This document shows positions 9,944 to 19,230 of a DNA stretch of 64,000 bases, one piece after another. Under the pieces are notes generated by a model, which made no database searches, was not told where the DNA came from, and was given only the letters and a program-made list of their open reading frames with translations. The number at the start of each line of letters is the position of its first letter. Position 1 is the first letter of the stretch. This DNA comes from an uncultured delta proteobacterium (GTDB lineage Bacteria; Desulfobacterota; Binatia; Binatales; Binataceae): positions 416,001 to 480,000 of the forward strand of contig CAVRVY010000003.1 of NCBI GenBank assembly GCA_963724765.1. Reading direction: 5' to 3'. The translations under genes were made by a program, and so were the position numbers.

Positions 9944-9955
9944 GTAAGCGGCCGC

Positions 9956-10825
9956 CTACTCGGGGAAGATCGCCTTGACCACTTCGTCGATCGCGCGCTT
10001 GCTGTCGGCCTCGTCGGTGAGCGACCAGGTCACGGCGACGGTCGCGGCGCGGCGCGGCGCGATTCCCTGGCGGATAAGCTCGCCGGCGTAGATCAGGAGC
10101 CGGGTCGAGACGCCTTCTTCGAGGCCCGAGGCCTTGAGGTTGCGCACCTTCTCGCCCAGCACCGCGAGCTGCATCGCCATGTCGCGGTCGACACCCGCCT
10201 CGTGCTCGATGATCTCGACTTCCTTGTCGGCCGGCGGATAGTTGAACTCGATAGTGACGAAGCGCTGGCGCGTGGAGTGCTTGAGATTTTTCTGGATGCT
10301 CTGGTAGCCGGGATTGTACGAGATCACCAGCAGGAAGCCGACGTGCGCCTCCAGCGTCTCGCCGCGCTTTTCGACCGGCAGGATGCGGCGATGGTCGGAG
10401 AGCGGATGGATCAGCACGGTGGTGTCCTTGCGCGCTTCGACGATCTCGTCGAGGTAGCAGAGCGCGCCGCGCCGCACCGCCTGGGTCAGCGGCCCGTCGA
10501 TCCACACCGTCTCGTCGGCCTGGATAAGGTAGCGGCCGACCAGGTCGCTGCCGGTCAGATCCTCGTGGCAGGCGACGGTGATGAGTTCGGTGGGACCATC
10601 GGGAAGACCCGCGAGGCGATGGGCCATGTGCTCGACGAAGCGGGTCTTGCCGCAGCCGGTGGGTCCCTTGAGCAATACCGGCAGACGCGCTTTGTAAGCG
10701 GCCTCGAAAATTTCGACCTCGTCACCGATCGGGAGGTAATAGGGGGCGTTATGCGGGTCGAGATGGCGGACTTCGGGCCCTTCGGCCTGCATCCTGGTAT
10801 CGAACTTTTTCAACTCAATCGACAT
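9956..10825 (-). CDS. CbbQ/NirQ/NorQ-type AAA+ ATPase
   Basis: Walker [31 protein letters not shown] and STRQRF. Confidence 0.9.
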   Translation of the reverse strand: MSIELKKFDTRMQAEGPEVRHLDPHNAPYYLPIGDEVEIFEAAYKARLPVLLKGPTGCGKTRFVEHMAHRLAGLPDGPTELITVACHEDLTGSDLVGRYLIQADETVWIDGPLTQAVRRGALCYLDEIVEARKDTTVLIHPLSDHRRILPVEKRGETLEAHVGFLLVISYNPGYQSIQKNLKHSTRQRFVTIEFNYPPADKEVEIIEHEAGVDRDMAMQLAVLGEKVRNLKASGLEEGVSTRLLIYAGELIRQGIAPRRAATVAVTWSLTDEADSKRAIDEVVKAIFPE

Positions 10826-10889
10826 TGCTCACCCTTGTGTGAGGCGCTGCGGGCGTGCCGCGGATTCTAAGAGAGCACGGCCATTATAT

Positions 10890-12323
10890 TCAAGCGACGC
10901 CTCTGCGGGGCATTATAGTAGACCCGCCGCGATGATCCTTCACCTCGTAGCCTTTCGCCTCCAGCTCCTCGCGTAGCTCATCGGCGCGCTCGAAGTCCTT
11001 GGCCGCTCTGGCCGCATCGCGCTCGCTCTGCAACGCGGTTACTTCCGATGGAAACTTTCCGCGTGCTGTCTCGCGTTTGGCTTCAAGGTCTAGCCCGAGT
11101 ACGGCGTCGAATCTCTTGAGTGTATTCCAGATTCTGCGGTCGTTGCGGCGATACGCGTCTCCCACTAATTCGAGCGCGACGGCGAGCGCCTGCGGAGTGT
11201 TGAGGTCGTTGTTGAGCGCATCGACAAAGCGTTCGTCGAACTCCTGCGCCCAGGGCGAATCGGCCGCGGCGTTCGCGTCCTCATCGGAGAGATTGCGGGC
11301 GAACTCGGCGAAGTAATCCAGGTTGCGCTCGGCGGCGCGCACCGCGTCGAGCGAGAACGCAAGCTCTGACCGATACTTCGCACCCAGGCAGAGCAGCCGA
11401 AACGCGAGCGGATTGATTCCCGCCGCCACCAGGTCGTCGAGCACCGGGAAGCGTCCCGCGCTCTTGCTGATTTTCGCCCCTTCCATCCCGACCAGGAAAG
11501 CGTTGTGCACGAAGTAGCGCACGAAGGGTTTGCCGGTCGCGCCTTCGGATTGCGCGATCTCGTTCTCGTGATGCACCGGGATATGGTCGAGACCGCCCGT
11601 ATGAATATCGATCGTCTCGCCCAGGTAGCGCATCGACATCGCCGAGCACTCGATATGCCATCCCGGATAGCCGCGCCCCCACGGACTTTCCCATTGCATA
11701 AGATGCTGCGGCTGATTGAGCACCCAGAGCGCGAAGTCGTGCGGGCTTTTCTTGTCGGGCGAATGTTCCAGCCGCTGGCCGGTGTGCTGCTCGTCGAGGC
11801 TCTGGCGCGAAAGCCGGCCGGTGCGGCTTTGCCCACGCCACTTTTCGACGTCGAAGTACACGCCCGAGCGCGTGATGTAGCCGTAGCCGTGCTCCACGAT
11901 ACGCTCGATGAGTGCGATCATGTCGGCGACGTGGTCGGTCGCGCGGCAGAGCAGCGGCGGCGCGGGCAGCCGGATATTGAGTTTGCCGCAGTCGCGCGTG
12001 AACTGCGCGATATAGAAATCCGCGACCTCGCGCGGCGTCTTGCCCTCGGCGCGTGCGGTCTTTTCGATCTTGTCCTCGCCGGCGTCGGCGTCGGAGGTCA
12101 TGTGGCCAACGTCGGTGATGTTCATCACGTGGCGGACGTCGTAGCCATTGAGCTCGAGCGCGCGGCGCAGCGTATCGACGAACACGTACGCGCGCATGTT
12201 GCCCAGATGCTGCGGCAGGTAGACCGTCGGCCCGCACGAGTAGTAGGTCACAGCGGGCGGATTGAGCGGCTCGAATTCCTCGATCTGGCGGCTCAGCGTG
12301 TTGTAGATCGAAAATGGCTTCAC
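10890..12323 (-). CDS. cysS: Cysteine--tRNA ligase
   Basis: CGPTVY, HLGN (HIGH), PGWHIECSAM, HHENE and KISKS (KMSKS). Confidence 0.95.
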   Translation of the reverse strand: MKPFSIYNTLSRQIEEFEPLNPPAVTYYSCGPTVYLPQHLGNMRAYVFVDTLRRALELNGYDVRHVMNITDVGHMTSDADAGEDKIEKTARAEGKTPREVADFYIAQFTRDCGKLNIRLPAPPLLCRATDHVADMIALIERIVEHGYGYITRSGVYFDVEKWRGQSRTGRLSRQSLDEQHTGQRLEHSPDKKSPHDFALWVLNQPQHLMQWESPWGRGYPGWHIECSAMSMRYLGETIDIHTGGLDHIPVHHENEIAQSEGATGKPFVRYFVHNAFLVGMEGAKISKSAGRFPVLDDLVAAGINPLAFRLLCLGAKYRSELAFSLDAVRAAERNLDYFAEFARNLSDEDANAAADSPWAQEFDERFVDALNNDLNTPQALAVALELVGDAYRRNDRRIWNTLKRFDAVLGLDLEAKRETARGKFPSEVTALQSERDAARAAKDFERADELREELEAKGYEVKDHRGGSTIMPRRGVA

Positions 12324-12375
12324 GTGGATTGCGCCTGCCGCGCGTCATCGGCGCTGCACACCTCCGGCGCCGCGC

Positions 12376-12807
12376 TCAACGCAGGCGCGCCGTCGCGGCC
12401 GCGACCGCCGCGTCGGTGTTGCGGTAGCGTCTGCCGGCGATGGCTTTGTATTGGCGGTCGGCGATCCATGCGTATCCCGGAAGATACCACAAGTAGGCGA
12501 ACAAGCTGCGCAGGCCGGCCTGGCGGCGCAGAATTTCATTGACCGCGCGCGCCCCGCGATACACCCGGCCGCGGTCGTCGATCACGTGCAGCTCGTAGAG
12601 CAGGTCGTCGAGCCTGAGCTCTGGAAACTGCGCCCGCGCCGCAGGCTCGTTGGCGTCCAGCAGTTCGAGCGACTCGGTATTGTCGTAGAGCACGATTCCT
12701 GCAGCGACGTTGCGGCACATCTCGCAGCCGCCGTCGTAGAGCACCGCGAGCTTGCCGGCCGTGGCCTGGGCCGCGATCCGTTGTGGCTCTCCGAACAGGC
12801 GTCCCAT
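12376..12807 (-). CDS. DCC1-like thiol-disulfide oxidoreductase (DUF393)
   Basis: VLYDGGCEMC (DxxCxxC) and YxxIAxxRY C-terminus. Confidence 0.85.
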   Translation of the reverse strand: MGRLFGEPQRIAAQATAGKLAVLYDGGCEMCRNVAAGIVLYDNTESLELLDANEPAARAQFPELRLDDLLYELHVIDDRGRVYRGARAVNEILRRQAGLRSLFAYLWYLPGYAWIADRQYKAIAGRRYRNTDAAVAAATARLR

Positions 12808-12823
12808 CGAGTGCGCGGCTTGC

Positions 12824-13339
12824 CTAACGCCGCGAGAGCCGCGGATTGGCCGCCATCCGCCGCAGCCGGTTGCGCTCGTGACTGATGCGCCATTCGTAAC
12901 CGTCGACCAGCGACTGCCATCCGGCTTCCGCCGTGTTGGCCGACTTGGCGAGCGTGGTCCAGGCGCTCTGGCCGTCGGAAAATTTCTTGATCGACATCAC
13001 CTCGGCTTCGGTCGATTCACCGCTCGCGTGCATGTAGGTCTCGATCACGCGGACCGGCTCGAGAAACGGGAAATACTTCAGGAGGGCCTTACGCAACGCG
13101 AGGTCGAGCGCATGGACCACGCCGACGCCGCGCGCCGCTTCGGTTTCCTCGACCCCGGCGATCCGGAGCACGACGGTCGCGTCGATCGTCATCCTGCCTT
13201 CGTTCAAGTCGTCGATCACGCGGCGGCGCACGACCACGAACGGAGGCTCGTAGTCGCCGGAGCGGCGCAGTTCGTCAAGCTCGCGCGAGGCCTGCGGCGT
13301 TTCGGCCTCGTAAAATATGGATTTCGATTCGTCCACCAT
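12824..13339 (-). CDS. Stand-alone LeuA/CimA-type allosteric (dimerisation) domain protein
   Basis: ATV..EAARGVGVVHALDLALRKAL..FP.L...SDG..WTT..S.N..EAGWQSLVDGYEW matches the citramalate/isopropylmalate synthase C-terminal domain. Confidence 0.7.
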   Translation of the reverse strand: MVDESKSIFYEAETPQASRELDELRRSGDYEPPFVVVRRRVIDDLNEGRMTIDATVVLRIAGVEETEAARGVGVVHALDLALRKALLKYFPFLEPVRVIETYMHASGESTEAEVMSIKKFSDGQSAWTTLAKSANTAEAGWQSLVDGYEWRISHERNRLRRMAANPRLSRR

Positions 13340-13509
13340 TCCGATTTCAATTCACCCACTTCGATTCTGCTCGACTATCCCAGCTTCAATTATCTTTCGC
13401 GTCCGCCGGCCTTTCAAGGCAAACGGCCCCGCGCGATCGTCTTTGACGGTGCAGGAATTTAACGCGCGGGTGGCTGTAATTCTTGACAACCGCTTGCAAT
13501 CATTGATCG

Positions 13510-15654
13510 ATGTTCCGGCTGTCACCACTGCTGGCCGCGATCATGGCCTTGGTTTCGCTTTGCGGCCCGGCCGTCGCCGATCCGGCGGCGCAGATAACCA
13601 TCCCGCTCACGATCGATTATTCCACGCTCGGCGCGGCGCTCAAGCGGCAGATCTACGACGCCCCCGGCGGCCGCGCAATCCTGTGGAAGGGCAACAACTG
13701 CGAGTTCCTGTACGCCGAGAACCCACGCTTCACCCAAAACGGCCCAACGACGGTGGTGCTCGAAACCGACGGCGAGCTTGGCCTGGGCGTGCCGCTCGGC
13801 GACCAATGCGTCAATCCAATCTCATGGCAAGGCATTATCGCGTTCGGCGCGACGCCCTACCTGACGCCGAACCTGACGCTGATGTTCCGGGTAAGCGACA
13901 TCAATCTCTACGACCGCCAGCACCAGAAGTCTCTCATCGTCGGCCGCGGCTTCGACCTGATCAAGGGCAACTTCATCCCGCGCATCGAGACTTTCAAGTT
14001 CGACTTGCGCCCGCCGATCGAGGAGTTCCGCGCGCTCGCCGAAGAGGCCGCGCCGCCCGACCAGGCCGAGCGTTTCAAACAGGCGCTCGCGACCGTCCAC
14101 GGCGTCGGGCCGGCCGTCGCGGCGCCCGAGGGTATAAAAGTGACGCTGGGACTGACCGCACCGACGCTGCCCGCGGCCGCGCCAGCCGCCCCCTCGGGCC
14201 CGCTGACACCGGCCGAGCTGGCAGCGTGGAATCAAAAGCTCGACGAGTGGGATGCGTTTATCGTGTTCGCGATAAAGCAGGTCGGCACCGCAGTACCCGA
14301 CAAGCAGTTTCGCGCAGACCTGCTAAATGTGCTGCTCGACGGACGCTATCGCCTGGCCCAGGCGATCGATCAGCCGCCCGCGCCCGGCGGCCCGGACCCG
14401 GTGCGCGTGCTGTTTCTCGATCAATGGCGGCAATTGCGCGACTTGGTGCGCAAGGCGGCGGCGCGCGGGCAACTGGGCGACCGCGCGCTCGAGTTCCTGT
14501 CGTTCTTATCCGCCGGCGACGCGCTGATGGCGTTCGATGAAGCCGCCCCGGCGCTCGGCGCGCGCATCTCCGCCTCCGACCTGCGCCGCCTCGCGCGCAT
14601 CATGGCTCCGCAATCGACCGCCGATCCGCTCCAGTTCAACTACCGCGAAGATCCGGAGCTGCAACACATTTTCGGTTTCACGCCGCCACCCCTGACGCCG
14701 GACTCCGTCGAGCCGTCCGATTCGGACGAGCCCGAGCCCACTGCGGCCGCGACCGCCGGCAGTCCGCAGACAAGTGGCGCAACGCCGCAAACTATGGCAA
14801 CGCCGCCGCCCAGCATGCCGGGCGCGCCATCCGCACCCGCTCGCGTTGCGCCTCCTATGTCGGTTGTGCCAGCCACGCCATCTATATCGGCCACCCCGGC
14901 TGGACCGTCGGCGTCCTCGCCGGCCGCGCCTCCTGCACGCTCATCCGAGCCGCCTGCAACTGCGAATGCACTGCGGATGAGCATCAGCACGGCGCTTCAC
15001 CTGTTGGATCCGGCGGACGTCTTCGCCGACGCGCCGCCGCAGCCTGCGGACTTAAAGCAGCTCGGAATGAGGCTGCGGCGCTCGGTAGTTAACGAAACCA
15101 ACGTGAACAGCTACACGCACGACCTCGGCGCGCTGCTCGACGCGGCGGCCGCAAGTGAAATCGCCAGCGAACGCCCCGACCCTGCGCTGCGGCCGACCTA
15201 TCGCGTGATTGTCAAGGCGGCGGCGTGGCAGGAGAGCTGCTGGCGCCAGTTCGTGATCGCGCGCGGCCGCATACGCTTCCTCGAATCATCGAGTCACGAC
15301 GTCGGCCTGATGCAGGTCAACCGCTACGTCTGGCGCGGCTTTTACGACGTGAGGCACCTCGAATGGGACATCGCATACAACGCGGGTGCCGGCAGCCAGA
15401 TTCTCGCGCGCCTGATGATCCGCGCGGCCGGCAAGGCCGAGCACGCGGACGATCCGGACGCGTTCGCGCGCTCTTCATATGCGGCATACAATGGCGGCCC
15501 CGGCGAATTGAACCGATGGCGCCGCGCGGACGAGCGGCATGACAAACGGCTGATCGATGAGGCGTTCTGGCAGAAGTATCGCACGCTCAAAGAGGGCCAG
15601 TCGCTGAACATCCTGAAGTGCGAGGCCGAGTGGAGCCAAGCCCCGGGGCATTAG
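13510..15654 (+). CDS. Secreted protein with C-terminal lytic transglycosylase (SLT) domain
   Basis: Signal peptide, long Pro/Ala/Ser linker, then AWQES (catalytic Glu), GLMQV and AAYNGGPG. Confidence 0.8.
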   Translation: MFRLSPLLAAIMALVSLCGPAVADPAAQITIPLTIDYSTLGAALKRQIYDAPGGRAILWKGNNCEFLYAENPRFTQNGPTTVVLETDGELGLGVPLGDQCVNPISWQGIIAFGATPYLTPNLTLMFRVSDINLYDRQHQKSLIVGRGFDLIKGNFIPRIETFKFDLRPPIEEFRALAEEAAPPDQAERFKQALATVHGVGPAVAAPEGIKVTLGLTAPTLPAAAPAAPSGPLTPAELAAWNQKLDEWDAFIVFAIKQVGTAVPDKQFRADLLNVLLDGRYRLAQAIDQPPAPGGPDPVRVLFLDQWRQLRDLVRKAAARGQLGDRALEFLSFLSAGDALMAFDEAAPALGARISASDLRRLARIMAPQSTADPLQFNYREDPELQHIFGFTPPPLTPDSVEPSDSDEPEPTAAATAGSPQTSGATPQTMATPPPSMPGAPSAPARVAPPMSVVPATPSISATPAGPSASSPAAPPARSSEPPATANALRMSISTALHLLDPADVFADAPPQPADLKQLGMRLRRSVVNETNVNSYTHDLGALLDAAAASEIASERPDPALRPTYRVIVKAAAWQESCWRQFVIARGRIRFLESSSHDVGLMQVNRYVWRGFYDVRHLEWDIAYNAGAGSQILARLMIRAAGKAEHADDPDAFARSSYAAYNGGPGELNRWRRADERHDKRLIDEAFWQKYRTLKEGQSLNILKCEAEWSQAPGH

Positions 15655-15667
15655 CAGCTCGCCAGCC

Positions 15668-16414
15668 TCACATCGCGAGGCCGCCGTCGACCTGGATCAC
15701 CGCGCCCGTGATGTATGACGCCGCGTCCGAAAGCAAAAACGCCACCATCGGCGCCACGTCCTCGACCGTGCCGAAGCGTCCGAGCGGAATCATCTCGAGC
15801 GCCTTGGCGCGATGCTGCTCGGAGAGCACGGCCGTCATGTCGGTCTCGATAAACCCGAGCGCGATCGCATTGGACCGCACGCCCAGCGGCCCCAGCTCCT
15901 TGGCCATCGCCTTGGTCATCCCGATCAGCCCGGCCTTGGAGGCCGAGTAGTTCACCTGCCCGGCCATCCCGACCAGCCCGGAGATCGACGTGATGTTGAT
16001 GATCGCGCCACGCTTGGCCTTCATCATGATGAACGCGCTGGCGCGCGCGACGTTGAACGCGCCGGTGAGATTGGTCTGGATGACCGCGGACCAGTCCTCC
16101 TCGCTCATCATCACCAGCAGCTTGTCGCGCGTCAGCCCGGCGTTATTGACCACCCCGTCGAGCCGGCCGAATTCGGCCTTGGCCGCGTTGACCATCGCGC
16201 GCACGGCCTTTAGGTCGGCGACGTCATTCTGGAACGCGATCGCCTTGACCCCGAGCGCGGCGATTTCGGCTTTCAGCTCCTCGGCCTGCTGTTCGCTCTT
16301 GAGATAATTGAAAGCGACGTTGGCGCCGCGGCGAGCGGCCTCGAGCGCGATTGCGCGGCCGATCCCGCGCGTCGCGCCGGTGATGACTATTCCTTTGCCC
16401 TCGAGATCTTTCAC
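15668..16414 (-). CDS. fabG: 3-oxoacyl-ACP reductase
   Basis: TGATRGIG, NNAGLTRD, GQVNYSASK and GFIETDMT. GTG start at 16414 preferred. Confidence 0.85.
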   Translation of the reverse strand: MKDLEGKGIVITGATRGIGRAIALEAARRGANVAFNYLKSEQQAEELKAEIAALGVKAIAFQNDVADLKAVRAMVNAAKAEFGRLDGVVNNAGLTRDKLLVMMSEEDWSAVIQTNLTGAFNVARASAFIMMKAKRGAIINITSISGLVGMAGQVNYSASKAGLIGMTKAMAKELGPLGVRSNAIALGFIETDMTAVLSEQHRAKALEMIPLGRFGTVEDVAPMVAFLLSDAASYITGAVIQVDGGLAM

Positions 16415-16437
16415 TTTTTCACTTTTCACTCTTTCAC

Positions 16438-16471
16438 AAAAAAAGACCGCCCGCACAAGGTGCGGGCGGTC
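16438..16471 (-). terminator. Intrinsic terminator after iscA
   Basis: GACCGCCCGCAC/GTGCGGGCGGTC perfect stem followed by a T7 run on the minus strand. Confidence 0.85.
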
Positions 16472-16501
16472 GAAATTGATCGAATTGAAATCGAGCCGCG
16501 C

Positions 16502-16918
16502 TCAGGCGCTGAACGACGATCCACAACCGCAGGTGCGGCTGGCGCGCGGATTGTCGAAACGGAATCCCCCGGCATGCAGACCCTCGACGTAATCGAGAGT
16601 GGTGCCGGCGATGTAGGGCAGCGAAATTTCATCGACGAGAATCTTCGCGCCGTCGATTTCCTGCGCCGTGTCGCCTTCCTTTTGTACATCGAAGCTCAGC
16701 GAATACTGAAACCCCGAGCATCCGCCGCCGACCACCGAGATTCGGAGCCCTTGCTCGGCGCCGAGGCCTTCCTTCGCATGCATCTGCTTGACCATCTCAA
16801 GCGCCTTGGGCGTCAGATTGATGCCGGGCACTCTCACGGCCGCACTATCACGAGCGGGCTCGTGCCGATGCTCGTGCCCGTGTTCATGCCCATGTTCATG
16901 TCGGACTTCTTCAGACAT
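16502..16918 (-). CDS. iscA: A-type Fe-S carrier (HesB/IscA/ErpA) with His-rich N-terminus
   Basis: GGGCSGFQY and CGCGSSF motifs, N-terminal HEHGHEHGHEHRHE. Confidence 0.9.
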   Translation of the reverse strand: MSEEVRHEHGHEHGHEHRHEPARDSAAVRVPGINLTPKALEMVKQMHAKEGLGAEQGLRISVVGGGCSGFQYSLSFDVQKEGDTAQEIDGAKILVDEISLPYIAGTTLDYVEGLHAGGFRFDNPRASRTCGCGSSFSA

Positions 16919-17183
16919 CCTGCAATCCTCCGGGCTGTTCTCCTGATGAGGCGCGCCGGTAGCGCGCTAAACAACTGGTCAATTCTAACCCAGCGACGCC
17001 TAACGGAGCAAATCCCCTGCTATCGGATGACCGCGCTGGGTAGTGTCCTAATTCTTTGAGGGTCGAAGTGTCCGGATTTGGGCAAATCCGGACAGCACCC
17101 CGCGCTGGAAGGCGGCTGCGCGGCGGGCGCAACTGGGCGATAATGCCTGACGGCCCAGGTGGACGACGGCGTCCGGCGGGACT

Positions 17184-18299
17184 TTGATGGCTCGACTCGA
17201 AGAAATTTTGACGGCGGTGGCGCACGAGCAGGGCTTCGTGCTGGTCGGCTTCGCACCGCTTCACCGCCTGGATCGTCGCCAGGAGTTTTTCAATCGATGG
17301 CTCGCCGAGGAGCGCGCAGGCGAGATGGGATGGCTCGGGCGCGATCCCGAGCGGCGGCTTGACCCGCGGCGGATCGATTCCCGCCTGCGCTCGGTCGTCA
17401 GCCTCGGCTATCCCTACGCCGCACCCGCAATCCCTGACCTCGATTGGCGCGCCGCGATGCGCGGTCGGATCGCGGCCTACGCGATGGGGCCGGACTATCA
17501 CGACACGGTGCTCGCGCGCGCTCGCGCGGTGGCAGCGCGGCTTAAAAGCGAGCGTCCCGACGCCGTCACGCGCGCGTACGTCGACACGGGCGCGGTGTTC
17601 GAGCGCGAATGGGCGACCGAGGCGCGCATCGGATGGTTCGGCAGGAACACCAACCTGCTCAACCGCCATCACGGCTCGTATTTCTTTCTCGCCGAAATTT
17701 TCACCGACGCCGAATTCACGCCGAACGGCGAGCCCTACCGCGAGCATTGCGGCACCTGCCGTCAGTGCCTCGACCTCTGCCCGACCGGCGCGCTGGCCGA
17801 AGGCTACGTTATCGAGCCGCGCGTGTGCATCTCCTACCTGACGATCGAGCATCGCGGACCGATTCCCGTCGCGCTGAGACCGAAACTCGGCAACTGGATT
17901 TTCGGATGCGACGTCTGTCAGGAGGTATGCCCGTGGAACGTAAGCGCGGGCACGGCATCTGACGATACGCTGATGCCGTTTCTGCCGGGGTTGATGGCGC
18001 TCGACGACGACGGCTTCCGCCGCCGCTTCGGCAAGAGCGCGGTCGCACGCACAAAGCGGCGCGGATTGCTGCGCAACGCCGCCGTGGTGCTGGGCAACAG
18101 CGGAAACCGCGACGCGGTGGCAGTACTGGCACGGTCACTCGTAGAGGAGATCGAGCCGCTGGTGCGCTCGCACGTGGCCTGGGCGCTGGGGCAACTCGGT
18201 GGCGCAAGCGCGCGCGCGGCGCTCGAGCGCCGGCGCAAGGCCGAGAACGACCCGGAAGTACAGGCGGAGATCGAAGTGGCGCTGGCGGCGCTGCCCTAG
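17184..18299 (+). CDS. queG: Epoxyqueuosine reductase
   Basis: YA.G.DYH, YVDTG, CGTCRQCLDLCPT, CISYLTIE, GCDVCQEVCPWN and HEAT-like tail. Confidence 0.93.
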   Translation: MMARLEEILTAVAHEQGFVLVGFAPLHRLDRRQEFFNRWLAEERAGEMGWLGRDPERRLDPRRIDSRLRSVVSLGYPYAAPAIPDLDWRAAMRGRIAAYAMGPDYHDTVLARARAVAARLKSERPDAVTRAYVDTGAVFEREWATEARIGWFGRNTNLLNRHHGSYFFLAEIFTDAEFTPNGEPYREHCGTCRQCLDLCPTGALAEGYVIEPRVCISYLTIEHRGPIPVALRPKLGNWIFGCDVCQEVCPWNVSAGTASDDTLMPFLPGLMALDDDGFRRRFGKSAVARTKRRGLLRNAAVVLGNSGNRDAVAVLARSLVEEIEPLVRSHVAWALGQLGGASARAALERRRKAENDPEVQAEIEVALAALP

Positions 18300-18390
18300 G
18301 CTCATCCGCGCTCCAGTGGCCCGGCGGCTCGCAGAATAAGCCGCAGCGCCCGCACTGGATGAAACGGAGGCGAGGCGTTATATAACAAAG

Positions 18391-19215
18391 ATGAATCCTG
18401 CGCGGACCGAATTTGCCCGCATCGCCACACGCGAGCCGATCCCGCTCGCCCACGGCGCCCTGCTAATCGCCAAGGAGGAGTATCCCGACCTCAACGTCGC
18501 ACACTACCTCGAGCATCTGGCGGCGCTGGGGCGCGCCGCTCAAAGCGCGCTGCGCGAGGCCGAGAACACGGTCGAGCGCGTGCAGACGCTCTCCGACTTC
18601 CTGTTCGTGCGAACCGGCTTTACGGGCAATCGCGACAACTATGGCGACCCGCGCAACTCCTTTCTCAACGATGTGCTGGAGCGCCGCCTCGGCATCCCGA
18701 TCACGCTCTCCGTGATTTACCTCGAAGTCGGACGGCGCGCCGGGCTCAACCTCTTCGGCGTCTCTTTCCCTTCGCACTTCCTGGTCAAGGCGGTCGACGA
18801 GCGCGGCGAGCTGATTATCGACCCGTTCAACGGCGGCACGATCCTCGACCTCGACGACATCCGCACCCGCCTCAAACAGATCTACGGCCAGCCAGTCGAG
18901 GTCCAGCCGGCGATGCTGAAGGCGGTGAGCGGGCGGCACATCCTCGCGCGCATGCTGCGCAATTTGAAAAACATCTATGCCAGCGGCGCCGACTGGCCGC
19001 GCTCGCTCGCCGCACTGGACCGCATCCTGATCCTTGAGCCGCGCGCGCCCGACGATATGCTCGAGCGCGCCGCGCTCTACGAGCGGCTGGAATGTTTCGG
19101 CGCCGCGCTCGAGGACTTCCAAAGCTTTCTCACGCAGTACGCCAACCATCCCGCGGCCGACGCGGCGCGCGAGGCCGTGGTGCGGCTCGCCCGCCAGGTC
19201 GCGCGGATCAACTGA
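18391..19215 (+). CDS. SirB1/YchA transglutaminase-like protein with TPR tail
   Basis: F.GN..NY.DPRNSFLNDVLERRLGIPITLS, FPSHFL, DPFNGG and RMLRNLK. Confidence 0.85.
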   Translation: MNPARTEFARIATREPIPLAHGALLIAKEEYPDLNVAHYLEHLAALGRAAQSALREAENTVERVQTLSDFLFVRTGFTGNRDNYGDPRNSFLNDVLERRLGIPITLSVIYLEVGRRAGLNLFGVSFPSHFLVKAVDERGELIIDPFNGGTILDLDDIRTRLKQIYGQPVEVQPAMLKAVSGRHILARMLRNLKNIYASGADWPRSLAALDRILILEPRAPDDMLERAALYERLECFGAALEDFQSFLTQYANHPAADAAREAVVRLARQVARIN

Positions 19216-19230
19216 TCGAGTTTGGTGCCG

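Noticed and set aside
4368-10825. vWA protein as the adaptor of the CbbQ/NorQ ATPase
   Set aside because: Different operon and strand. The vWA protein is membrane-anchored, probably periplasm-facing, and shorter than NorD/CbbO
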